Of a DNA stretch of 64,000 nucleotides, positions 53,017-64,000 are shown one piece after another (the first letter of the stretch is position 1; each line of letters begins with the position of its first letter). Source of the DNA: the human T2T-CHM13v2.0 reference genome, Homo sapiens; assembly GCA_009914755.4 (NCBI GenBank), contig CP086569.2, positions 11,232,001-11,296,000 on the forward strand. Direction: 5' to 3'. The notes below the pieces were generated by a model, which saw nothing but the letters and a program-made list of their open reading frames with translations, ran no database searches and had not been told where the DNA came from. A program made the translations under genes and the position numbers.

Positions 53017-55054
53017 CCACTTTGGGCCATGGGGCCAGTTTTCTTCCCTCTTCCTCATTCACACTCCCCCAGAAATAACAGAGCTCACTATAGTTTGTAT
53101 TGATTTTGGCACATACCACTTGTTTTAAAGGCCACACTGAATGCCCAGCGCCAGCACTCCACCACTGTGCATTTGAGAGGTTGGAGAGATGTTGCCCCCC
53201 TGTGCCAAGAGCCCACCCCACCACTCCCTGCGTGGCCCAGGAAGCCCACACACACAAGACTATTCAAGTGAGGGCTCTGGTTGTGCCTGAAGGGTTGTGA
53301 GCACTGCTAGAGGCTCTCACTCAATGATTTAAAGCTTCAGTCCCACTGGAGGGTGAGGCTCAGAAACAGCATTCACTCAGCCAGCAGCAGTGGGCCCAGA
53401 CAGCAGGGGAGGAGGGGTGGCATTGGGGGAGAAGAGGGGCTGCCCATGTTCTTCTCCAGCACCAACTCCCAATTGACAGGCACTGGGCCTCAGTGCAGAC
53501 TCACTCAGCAGCTTCTGGCTGGCTCCTCCAGGCAGGGTTCCAGGAACTGTCTCTTGTCCCTGGCTACACAGAGGACTCAGCCCCACAAAGGATTTCTCAC
53601 ATGGGAACAATGTCTGCTTTGTTGCTGAGAGCTCACACCCAGGGAATTTCTGGTTTCAGCTTCCAGGGGCTTTGTTTGTCTTGAACAGAGTGAAGCAAAG
53701 TGGTCTTCAGAAGGTTTCAGAAACAATCAGGGTCCCACGAGTAGAGACTAAACCCTGAAGAGGCCCTGGGCTTCATGAGGAGGTGCTGTAGGTTAAATCT
53801 GGGCTGGAGCAGAGCTGTGGCTCCATCCATCACTCCAACAGGTCTCCAGTGCCTCTAGCAAAGTGGGCAGAACATCTGCTGGGGAAACAGTCCCTGCCCT
53901 GCAAGGGGAAGATTTCCCTGCCATGGAAAGCATCAAACAGGCAGGGAGGCAGGGTCCAGCCAGGTGTAGGAGGCCCCTGATCTCCCGACACCCTTGCCCC
54001 AGTGCTGATGGAGCACCTCACTGGCTGAGATGACCGGGGCCTCACTTCTACGTGGCTGATGAGAGCCACATGATGTGGAGTCCCATGGACTCCACAGCAG
54101 TGACAATGAATGAACCCAAGCTACATGCGGATCATCCCCAAAACAACACTGTACAAAAGGAAGGCAATTCGTGGAAGGATTCAAACCACATACTATCATT
54201 TCCAGATAAAGGCTGGAAAGATGCCACACAGTCCTACAGATGGTACATGGGCATTTTCACCATGCGTAATGGCACAGAAGCAGTCAACTGGAAAGGCACA
54301 TGCCCAACGCAGGAGAGCAGTTCCCTCTCGGAGGAAGACAGGGTGGACCACACTGGCCACGTTGCTTGGAGCCATAAACTTCCTGAAAGCAGTTCCAGCA
54401 ACTATGGGACACGGTCAAACTTGATACAGTTGAGGACACAGATGTTTGCCATATTATTCTCTTTGTTAGAAATCATTCACAAGGAGCAAGGAAGGAGGGC
54501 AGGAGTGCAGGGGGCAGAAGAGGCCACCCCAAAATAGGCCACCTGGGCATAAAGACAGTCCTGAGCTGAAGGCGATGGAGGAAAAGCAGGTGTGAGAACA
54601 GCTCACTGCCTTCCCCCACCGCCAGTGTGCCTCAAAGCAAGACGTAAATTCAGAAGGAGTACCCACCCCCACCACACCAGGAAGGACAGAAGTTCATCAC
54701 TGGAGACAGCTTTAGACTGTTGTCAGCCCCACCCTGGAGGAACCTACAGAGCTGACTTCACCAACAGACTAGCCTTCAGCTGCTGTTACTTTCCTAAAGA
54801 TTGGCCACCCCACAATTTGCCCTCCAGGAACTCACAGGCCTTTCCCTTTGTCTTGTCACTTCTCTGCAAATGTACTGTTCCTGCACTGAGGCGCCATCCC
54901 AGCACAAGCTGTAGCCACTTTTTCAGACACTCTTTACTGACCAGTGCTCTATGTGTTCACAAACTGTTTTTCTCTTGCGACTGTGTCTTATGTCAGCTCA
55001 ATTTCAGGGCCCCAGGTAGAGAGGAGGGTAGTAGAAAAAGAAATTTCTCCTCTG

Positions 55055-57580
55055 CAGGGGGAGGTATTAGAAGAAAGAAAGGAGGGGAGGGAGGTGAATA
55101 GATGAATGGATGGATGGATAGATGGCTGACTGTGTGGGTAGGTGAGAGGGAGGAAGGAAGGGAGGAGGGGAGGGAAGGAGGTAGATGGATGGATGGATGA
55201 ATGGATGGATGGCTAACTGTGTGGGTAGGTGAGAGGGAGGAAGAAGGGAGGGAAGGCGAAAAGTAGGGAGGCAGGGAAGGAGAAAGGGAGGGAGGGAAGG
55301 AGCAAGGGGGGGAGGGAAAGAAGGAAAGAAGGAAGGAAAAAAGGGAGGGAGGTAAGAAGGGAGGGAAGGAGGGAGAGGAGGGGAGAGAGGGAAAGGGAGA
55401 GGGAGAGGAAGGGAGAGGATGGGAGGGAGGGAGAGGAAGGGAGAGGAAGGGAGGGAGAGGAAGGGAGAGAGAGGAAAGGAGGGAAGGAGAGGAAAGGAGG
55501 GAGGGAAAGGAAGGAAGGGAGGGAGAGGAAGTGAGGGAGAGGGAGGGGGAGTGAGAGAGGGAGAGGGAGGGAGGGGAAGGGAGGGAGGGAGAGGAAGGGA
55601 GGGAGTGGGAGAAGGGAAGAAGGGAGAGGAAGGGAGGGAGGGAGAGGAAGGAAGGGAGGGAGAGGAAGAGAGGGAGAGGGAGAGAAAGGGAGGGAGGGAG
55701 AGGGAGAGGAAGGGAGGGAGGGAGAGGGAGAGGAAGGGAAGGAGGGAGAGGGAGAGGGAGAGGAAGGCAGGGAGGGAGAGGGAGAGGAAGGGAAGGAGGG
55801 GGAGGCAGAGGGAGAGGAAGGGAGGGAGAGGGAGAGGAAGGGAAGGAGGGTGAGGGAGGGAGAGGAAGGGAGGGAGAGGGAGAGGAAGGGAAGGAGGGTG
55901 AGGGAGGGAGAGGAAGGGAGGGAGAGGGAGAGGAAGGGAAGGAGGGTAAGGGAGGGAGAGGAAGGAAGGGAGGGAGAGGGAGGGAGAGGAAGGAAGGGAG
56001 GGAGAGGGAGGCAGAGGGAGAGGGAGGAACAGAGGGAGAGGGAGGAAGGGAGGGAAGGAGAGGGAAGGAGGGAGGAGGGAGAGGAAGGGAGGGAGAGGGA
56101 GGGAGAGAAAGAGAGGAAAGGAGAGAGAGGAAGGGAGGGGCAGAGAGGAAGGGAGGGGAGAGAGAAGAGGGAGAGAGAAGGTGGGGAGAGAGAAGCGGGG
56201 AAGAGAGGAAGGGAGGGGGAGAGAGGAAGGTGGGAGAGAGGAAGGGAGGGAGGGAGAGGGAGAGGAAGGGAGGGAGAGAGAGAGGGAGATGAAGAGAGAG
56301 AGGGAGGGAGGGAGGGAGAGAGAGGGAGAGGAAGGGAGGGAGGGAGGGAGAAAGGGAGGGAGATGAAGGGAGGGATAGGAAGAAAGGGACGGAGGTAGAG
56401 GAAGAAAGGGAGGGAGGGAGAGGGCGAGGAACGGAGGGAGTGAGAGGGTGAGGAACAGAGGGAAGGAGAGGGTGAGGAAGGGAGGGACGGAGAGGGTGAG
56501 GGAGGGAGAGAGAGGGTGAGGAAGGGAGGGATAGGGTGAGAAAGGGAGGGAGAGGGCAAGGAAGGGAGGGAGGGAGAAGGGGGATTGCAGGGAGAGGAAG
56601 GGAGGGAGGGAGAAGGAGGAAGAGAGGGAGAGAGAGGAAGGGAGGGAAGGAGAGGGAGAGAAAGAGAGTGGGAGGAAGGGAGGGAGAAGGAGAGGAAGGG
56701 AGAGGGAGGAAGGGAGGGAAGGAGAGGAAGGGAGGGAGATGGAGGGAAGGAGAGGAAGGGAGGGAGATGGAGGGAGAGGGAGGGAGAAGAAGGGAGAAGA
56801 AGGGAGAGGAAGGGAGGGAGGGAAGGAGGGAGAAAGAGGGAGGGACAGGGAGGGAGAGGGAGGGAGGAAGAGAGGGAGAGGGTGAGGAAGGGAGGGAGAG
56901 GGCAAGGAAGGGAGCGAGGGAGAGGGTGAGGAAGGAAGGGAGGGAAGGAGGGAGAGAAAGTAAGGGAGGGAGGGAGGGAGAGGAAGGAGGAGAGGGAGAG
57001 AAAGGAGGAGAGGGAGAGGACAGGAGGGAGCGGAAGGGAGGGAGCGAGAGGAAGGATGAGAGGAAGAGGACAGGAGGGAGCAAGAGGAAGGGAGGGAGAG
57101 GAAAGGAGGGAGAGGAAGGGAGAGAGAGGAAGGGAGAGGAAGGAAGGGAAGGAGAGGAGGGGAGGGAGGGAGAGGGAGAGGAAGGGAGGGAGGGAGAGGG
57201 AGAGAAGGGGAGGGAGAGGAAGGGAAGGAGGGAGAGGAATGGAAGGAGGGAGAGGAAGGGAGGGAGGGAGAGGAAGGAAGGGAGGGAGAGGGAGGAAAGG
57301 AGGGAGAGGGAGGAACAGAGGGAGAGGGAGGAAGGGAGGGAAGGAGAGGGAGGGAGGGAGAGGAAGGGAGGGAGGGAGAAAGATGGAGGGAGGGAGAGGG
57401 AGAGGAAGGGAGAGGGAGAGGAAGGGAGGGAGGGAGAAGAAGGAAGAGGGAGGGAGGGAGGAGGAAGAAGGAGGGAGAGAGGGAGAAGAAGGAAGAGGGA
57501 GGGACAGGGAGGGAGAGGGAGTTAGAGGAAGGGAGGGAGAGGGAGAGACAGAGGGGGAGGGAGGGAGAGGAAGAAAATGA
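55055..57580 (+). repeat. ~2.5 kb near-pure polypurine tract, (GGGAGGGAGAGGAAG)n-like on the + strand with polypyrimidine on the - strand. It is preceded by (GGAT)n and a ~70 bp local duplication
   Basis: From ggaggtattagaagaaagaaaggaggggagggagg… through …gggagggagggagaggaagaaaatgataagaaggaaagctgagaag, the + strand is almost exclusively G/A with rare T/C. The leading (GGAT)n-containing segment is duplicated: gaatagatgaatggatggatggatagatggctgactgtgtgggtaggtgagagggaggaaggaagggagg at 55097-55165 and ggtagatggatggatggatgaatggatggatggctaactgtgtgggtaggtgagagggaggaagaagggagg at 55180-55250. All long track ORFs here (SPSLPPSLS… on - and GREGEEGRER… on +) are low-complexity artefacts. Confidence 0.92.
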
Positions 57581-59256
57581 TAAGAAGGAAAGCTGAGAAG
57601 ACTTCCTAATGCAGGACCTAAGTCTGCTCCCAATTATTCACATTAGAGGAATGTCAGGGTAGCAATGACATTGATAATCCCAAATCAATAGTATAGTCTT
57701 CTATTAAGTCTCTGGCTATAAACCAAAATATATTTACTGTGTACCAATTATACATGAGGGATCCCCCTAGGGTGCATGTGGCTTCATGTCCAGCGCACGT
57801 TCTTTCTTTGTAAGGAAGGCGCCATGCCATTGTCCACAGTTTTTGGAGCACCCTGTGTCCAACCACCTAACACAATCCCTGCCTAGGTCTCCTGGGGACT
57901 TTCGGCTACATGGAGTGGGTAAGGGCAGGAACTTCTCACCCTGTGTTTAGACACTTCACAAGGCAAAGACGACGGCACGAGCCAAGAAAAGGGGGCACCT
58001 GTTTCTTACTCTTGAGTCCCTAAAATGAGAGTGGGCTTTATAAGAATCCTGAAATTAGGAGTTTTCACAGAACATCTGGGTTTCAGTCATCTCTAGAAAA
58101 ATCACAGGCTACTGCCTCCTGAGCCCACTCTACCCACCTTGCAGCCATGTGGGTACCGAGCCGTGTGGCCCTCTGGACGGGGCAAGGGCAACATGATTCA
58201 CCCAGCCCCACCTCACTATGCCCTCTGCATGCTGGGAGCCACTGCCCCTCACCATCCAGGTACACTGAGGCTCACCCTGCACTCAACGCACCCACCCCAT
58301 CAGCCCTGGGCCCGGGCAGCAGAATAGTGGACCCTGTGCTAGTGTTTTATAACTGGGGGGCCCTGTGAGTGTTCAGGAACCTCCCAGGGAGGCCACGGGC
58401 AGTTCACCAGGAACCAACACTCTATGTCCAATTAGGAGAAAGCTGATACCCGCTGTTGAGTCCCAGCACTCTTCCAGCATGGGAAGAGCCTGCCGGGTAG
58501 CAGGGTGCACTGGAACCACATCCTCAGCAGGCACTCAGGCCTCGCCCCTCAGCTTTGCTGCCCAGAAACCTGACAGCAGCCACTCCTCATCAGATATCAA
58601 CCTCCACCTGTGGCTGTGATGCCACCCTATTCCACCCGTTTTTGTTCTTCATCCTCATTCTCCTGGGCCCTGCTGGGTTGGAAAGCAGCACAGGCATGAG
58701 GTTGAAGGGAAGGAGCCCTTCTTAAGTGGAGCAAAATCTACTCAGAGCTCACATCACTCATTGATGCAGAAAGAAGCCTAGTGTTGTAGCGAGGCCAGCC
58801 TCAGCGTCAACATCTGAAATACGGGAGGTGGGAGGAGCCTGCAGCTCAGAGCCCTGGCACAGAGCAGAAAAGGCCCACACTGATTCTGCCCCTGCTCAGG
58901 TCAGATAATGTCTGACTGGCAAGAGCAGGCGAGAGACCATCCAGGCTCCAAGCTGTTTCCAGGGGTGTGTGTGTAGGAAGCCCCCGTCAGTGGACAGTGG
59001 ACACCCAGTGAACACATGCTGGGTGGCCGGCCAGGGCTCCTGATCACAGACACCCACAAGAGCAGTCAGGGGGACATGAAGGGGTTGAGGCTGGCAGAAT
59101 GTGGTCCCTCAATCAGCCAGGCAGCAGCATTCCCACTCTGGCCACAGCTGGTAGGTAGGAACACAGGTCTGGTGTTGCCAGGCCTGCAGATATCTTTTAG
59201 ATATGTCAGATTTGACCAAAAAAAACATGAAATTTAGAAACATTGGAAATTCACTT

Positions 59257-59550
59257 TGTTTTTTATTGAGACAGAGTCTCACTCTGTCACCCAGGCCAGA
59301 GTGCAGGTTTTCAATCTCGGCTCACTGAAACCTCAGCCTCCCATGTTCAAGTCATTCTCCTGCCTCAGCCTCCCAATTAGCTGGGATTACAGGTCCCTGC
59401 CACCATGCCTGGAGAATTTTTTGTACTTTTAGTAGAGACGGGTTTTCACCATGTTGGCCAGGCTGGTCTCAAACTCGTGACCTCAAGTGATCCACCTGCC
59501 TCCACCTCCCAAAGTGCTAGAATTACAGGCATGAGCCACCACGCCTGGCC
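59257..59550 (-). mobile_element. Alu (antisense)
   Basis: ttgttttttattgagacagagtctcactctgtcacccaggccagagtgcaggttttcaatctcggctcactgaaacctcagcctcccatgttcaagtcattctcctgcctcagcctcccaattagctgggattacaggtccc … caaagtgctagaattacaggcatgagccaccacgcctggcc. Confidence 0.9.
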
Positions 59551-60823
59551 AGAAATTCACTGTTTTTAACGGATTACTTTGCAGGCCACATAGTACACAT
59601 CTACAGCTGGCCCTGAGTCCAGGAACAAAACCAACAGCCCACAGCAGGAAGGACGGCAAGGAGGGGCTCCTGAGGCCACAGCCCCTGCTTCTGCCAGTGG
59701 ACATCTTCACCCCCTAGGACTCCTGTGTCCCCTTAGTACCGGCTCTGGGGGTGACGGTGAAAACAGGCGCATCTGCCCCCAAGCCATGGTGCAGAAGGGC
59801 CCCGGTGCTTGGTCTGAAGAGGAACTGGGATTTTGTGCAGAAGCAGGTGAGCAGACAGGAGGAGAAGGCTGGGTCACACTTCCTGGGCTCTTTCCAGAAC
59901 CATCCTGGGAGCTCATGGCCAGAGATCTGACTGGGAGGGTCTTGACCTTGGTAAGGGGCTTGAGTAACATGATTAGCAGCTTCCTGGGAACAGCAGACAC
60001 CTGATCACTGCCTGGGAAAACATTTAATTATTAACTCCCGGGTGGAGAGCCACCGGGCATGGCAGACGGCACAAGTCCCATCTGCGTTTCAGACAAACAA
60101 CAAAGACACTTTACTGCATGTCCCAAATAATTGCAGGGGACATCCTTACATTAAAAAACTCTCTGCTGTTCATCTGAAATTCAGGCAGAACTGGGTGTGC
60201 TGCATTTTATCTGGCAACACCATGGGAGAGCCAGGGGGGCTGGGCTGAGTTCTCTTACCCCGTGAGGCCCAGCACGCCGGGAGGCTCCGCAGAGAGAATG
60301 AAAGCAAAGCCGAAGACGCAATCTGAAATCCTGGCTTCCCCAGGAAAAGCCAGTGCCAGGTCAGAGGAGAGGAAGGTTGCTCACCTACCCGGGCAACCGT
60401 TTTCTATGTAACTGATCTCTTGGGTGGGTGGGGGGTGGGGGGAGAGGCTATAAAATCCCAGGTCCATGAACTTCAATGACTCTTAGTGTGTGTATCTTTC
60501 CTTGGCCCTCCTAGGGTAGCTACTAATGAGGAGAAAAGAAAATCATCACAGTCAAAGCAAGTTCAACAAAAACTTAGCATTTTGCTGCTAACTTACTCCA
60601 AGAAAACCTAAAATCCTCAACTGGCTCATTCGTCCTCCAATACCTCTGATGAAAAGGTAGAGAGACTTTTCCACTAATTATTTCAGCCACTGTGAAAATA
60701 TGAAAGCTGACCTGGGAGAGAAGATACATAATAAAAACAAACAAAAAACCTCACAGCCAGGGCTGACTTTGTCAAGGTTAGAGTTGCAAAACCTTTGTAA
60801 ACACCTTTAAAAGTGCAAGAGTT

Positions 60824-61172
<349 letters not shown>

Positions 61173-61814
61173 TTAAGATACTTTTTCACCATAAGAAGGT
61201 TTTTATTGATATGGAATCTCTGAGAGACACCCTGTGTGTGAAACACATGGAAACCGAGATTTTGTGACTAAACATTTCATTTATTTTGCGCATTCCTGTG
61301 TAAAATGCGCCCGTCCTCAAGGCAGTGAGGACCCCGAGGCTACCCTGGTGCCATTTACAGACATTTAAACTCGGGGTCAAATGGTTGCAGGACTGACAGC
61401 ACTCCATGGGAACCCGTGGAACTGGAACAGAATATTCAAGGAATCCAGGTTCCATCGGATGTTAGAAAATTGCCGTTCTAGGAGCTGACATAAACATAGG
61501 GCTGAGGGCAATTGCGAGGGGGTGGGCTTCAGGGAAGGGTGGGCCGCCAGCCAGTCCAGAGTTGGCAGGTGTGAGGGAAGAGGAGGCCAGCCAGGTGTGA
61601 GGGAAGGGGAGGCCAGCCAGGCAGAGGAGAGAAAGGCATGCCGGCTTCCTTCTGTTCATTTAATCCACTGTTCTCCTCCCCGCACCTGCAAAACACATCA
61701 GCTGAGAAGGAGCTAGAACACAACATATGGGGGCCCTGGCCAAGGGAGTGGACTGCTCTGGAAGTTGCTGCAAAAGCAGACCTTCTGACACACTGCCACA
61801 AATACTGGAGGGCT

Positions 61815-62590
61815 GAACTTACCCCTGCCCACACTACCGGAGGGGAGGACCTACCCCTGGCCCACACTCCCAGAGGAGGGATGGACCTACCCTGCCCACA
61901 CTCCCAGAGGAATGGACCTACCCCCGCCCACGCTCCCAGAGGGATGGACCTACCCCAGCCCAGTCTCCTGGAGAGATGGACCTGTTCCGCCCACACTCCC
62001 AGAGGGGTGGACCTACCCCAGCCCACGCTCCCACAGGGGTGGACCTATCCTGCCCACGCTCCCAGAGGGGTGGACTTGCCACAGCCCATGCTCCCACAGG
62101 GGTGGACCTATCCTGCCCATGCTCCCAGAGGGGTGGGCCTACGCCCATCCAGGCTCCCAGAGGGATGGACATGCCACACCCATGCTCCCAGAGGGGCGGA
62201 TCTACTCCACCTAGGCTCCCAGAGGGGTGGATCTACCCCAGCCCACGCTCGTGGAGGAGTGGACCTATCCCCACCCATGCTCCCGGAGGAGGGGTGGACC
62301 TACACCAGCCCACACTCCCAGGGGAGGGGTGGACCTACCCCAGCCCACACTCCTGGAAGTATGAACCTACCCCAGCCCACACTCCCGGAGGAAGGGTGGA
62401 GCTACCCCAGCCCACACTCCCAGAGGGATGAACCTACTCCAGCCCATGCTCCCAGAGGAGGGGTGGACCTACCCCAGCCCATGCTCCCGGAGGAGGGGTG
62501 GACCTACCCCAGCCCACGCTCCCAGAGGGATGAACCTACCCTGTCCATGCTCCCAGAGTAGGGATGGACCTGCCCCTCCCATGCCCCCCG
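61815..62590. repeat. Minisatellite/VNTR-like tandem array, about 23 copies of a ~33 bp unit (consensus approximately cccagcccacgctcccagaggggtggacctac)
   Basis: …cccacactaccggaggggaggacctacccctggcccacactcccagaggagggatggacctaccctgcccacactcccagaggaatggacctacccccgcccacgctcccagagggatggacctaccccagcccagtctcctggagagatggacctgttccgcccacactcccagaggggtggacctaccccagcccacgctcccacaggggtggacctatcctgcccacgctcccagaggggtggac… continues to about 62590. Unit length varies from 30 to 37 bp. Just upstream at about 61555-61625 lies a small 3x ~25 bp repeat (gccagccaggtgtgagggaaggggag). Confidence 0.85.
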
Positions 62591-64000
62591 CCACGCCCTC
62601 AACATGGAGAAGCCACCAGCCCCCAGTAACTGAAGCAGAACCTGGCGGGGAGGTCTGGGGATCCGACCACATCAGTGCTGGGATTCAGTCTAGCACCACC
62701 TCTTCCTGCAGTCTTGCCTAGAAGCTGTCCCCCAAACCCGCCCTGCCCCACTACTCCTCAAAGCCCCCCAGAGAGGTGGCCCATCCCATCCACCCCAAAT
62801 AGAGTGACTATGGCTGTGTCCACATGAAACCACGTGGCAACCCCACGTCAGGGCTGTGCCTTCTGCCACGTAGGCCCCAGGAATCAGCATGGCATTAGAC
62901 TCACTGTGAGCTGAACTGGGTCCCCAGCTCAAATCCGTATGTGGAAGTCTGAATCTCTGGGGCCTGGGAAATTGACAGTATTGGAGACAAGGCCTTTAAA
63001 AAGTAGTTAAGTTTCCACAAGGTCTTACAGGTGGGCCCTAATGCAAGGCTGGTGTCCTTACCAGAAGAGGAACTCTGGACACACAAGAGTCACCCAGGGG
63101 TGCAAGTGCACAGAGGGATGATCATGGGAAGACACAGCAAGAAGGCAGCCACGTGCACACCAGGGAGTGAGACCTCAGGAGGACCCAGCCCTGCCACACC
63201 TTGATCTCAGACAAACAGCCTCCAGAACTGTGAGACCATCAATGTCTGTCATCTAGGCTGCCAGTTCTGTGGTGCTTTGTGATGGCAGCCCGAGCTGACT
63301 CCTCCAGTCCCCAGGACCCTCCTGATAGGTTTGTGAAACAGATGCATGGAACAAACAGATTTCTGAAAAGAACCTCCATCTATCCAGGTTTCCTGGGATT
63401 TCCCTAATCACCATCAGACAAACACTCTGTTGCCAGCCCCGCTGGCATCTCGGGATGAACTCAGGAAACGGGATCCTGCCTCTGAGTTTCTGCCCTCCAC
63501 TGGTGTCACCATCTCCTGCCCTGAGTTTCTCTCCCTGTTCAGCCAAATCCTTCCCTTTCAGACTCGTTCTACCCCAGGTCAGTACCAACTGCCTATGGTA
63601 CACAAGCTCCCCTTCCTCTCACCTCAGAGGGCCTGGAGTCAACGCCTAATTCCACATCTAATTCCTTCCTAAACTGTGCCTCCTGACTCCAGCTCTGACA
63701 ACTAATTCCATTACACATACACCCTCAAACCCTCCTCTGGACATATACATTTGTGAAATGTAACTGGATAGAACAAAAACACACAGGTCATTTTGCTGCT
63801 GAATTTTTAAGAGGGCTTTATATAGCAGTGTCTCAGAGAGAGGGGTAAATGCAGCATTTCCCAAGTGCCCCTGCCCCAGACATTCTTTTCCCCTGGGGCT
63901 CATAAACAATCTCCCACAACAGGAAGAGAAGCTATGGTCTGAGTTGCCCATGGGCCTTTCCTTGCTAGACTCAAGATCTTAGAAGCAAAAGCCAATCACA

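Noticed and set aside
54052-54537. 161-aa ORF (MADESHMMWSPMDSTAVTMNEPKLHADHPQNN…)
   Set aside because: It shows no recognisable domain and may lie within a degraded interspersed repeat. Without homology search it cannot be supported as coding, so it is left unannotated.
54993-57633. Very long ORFs (696, 612 and 806 aa on the minus strand; 329 aa and others on the plus strand) across 55-57.6 kb
   Set aside because: These are pure low-complexity translations (S/P/L-rich or G/R/E-rich) of a polypurine/polypyrimidine tract. A/G-only sequence has few stop codons. They are not genes.
61638-62561. 307-aa ORF with a perfectly periodic proline-rich repeat (…PAHAPRGVDLPQPTLPEGWTY…)
   Set aside because: It is generated by the ~33-bp minisatellite. 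Unit lengths vary (30-37 bp), so the frame is not maintained by selection. It is treated as non-coding VNTR.

Overview
This window is primate, almost certainly human, pericentromeric DNA. It is not a prokaryotic locus and contains no operon-like system. Bases 1-29836 are one uninterrupted, single-orientation array of HSat3-type pentameric satellite. The + strand carries the C-rich (CATTC)n/(CACTC)n strand, so the GGAAT strand is on the minus strand. The array is not featureless. A ~60-75 bp fragment derived from the antisense 3' end of an Alu is embedded roughly every 200-600 bp. All copies have the same orientation and the same truncation points. These fragments fall into about five recognisable sequence variants (A, D, C, B, E) that recur in the same order. 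This defines a loose higher-order repeat of about 2.0-2.7 kb, copied about 11-12 times. At about 29837 the satellite ends abruptly. The remaining 34 kb is repeat-dense euchromatin-like sequence. It includes at least 12 free-standing Alus, a THE1-type MaLR solo LTR, and a twin-primed (5'-inverted) L1 with target-site duplication inserted into an older repeat. It also includes two further L1 3' ends and a full-length Tigger1 DNA transposon carrying three nested Alu insertions, one of them flanked by an unusual ~85 bp duplication. Long low-complexity tracts are also present: a 1.1 kb (GGTGAT)n-like minisatellite, a (GGAT)n block, a ~2.5 kb almost pure polypurine tract, and a ~33 bp-unit minisatellite of about 23 copies. 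Nearly all entries in the supplied ORF track are translation artefacts of these repeats. The only protein-like signal I can support is one candidate internal exon on the minus strand at 31740-31920, with good splice-site context and an unidentified product. No tRNA, rRNA or CRISPR is evident.
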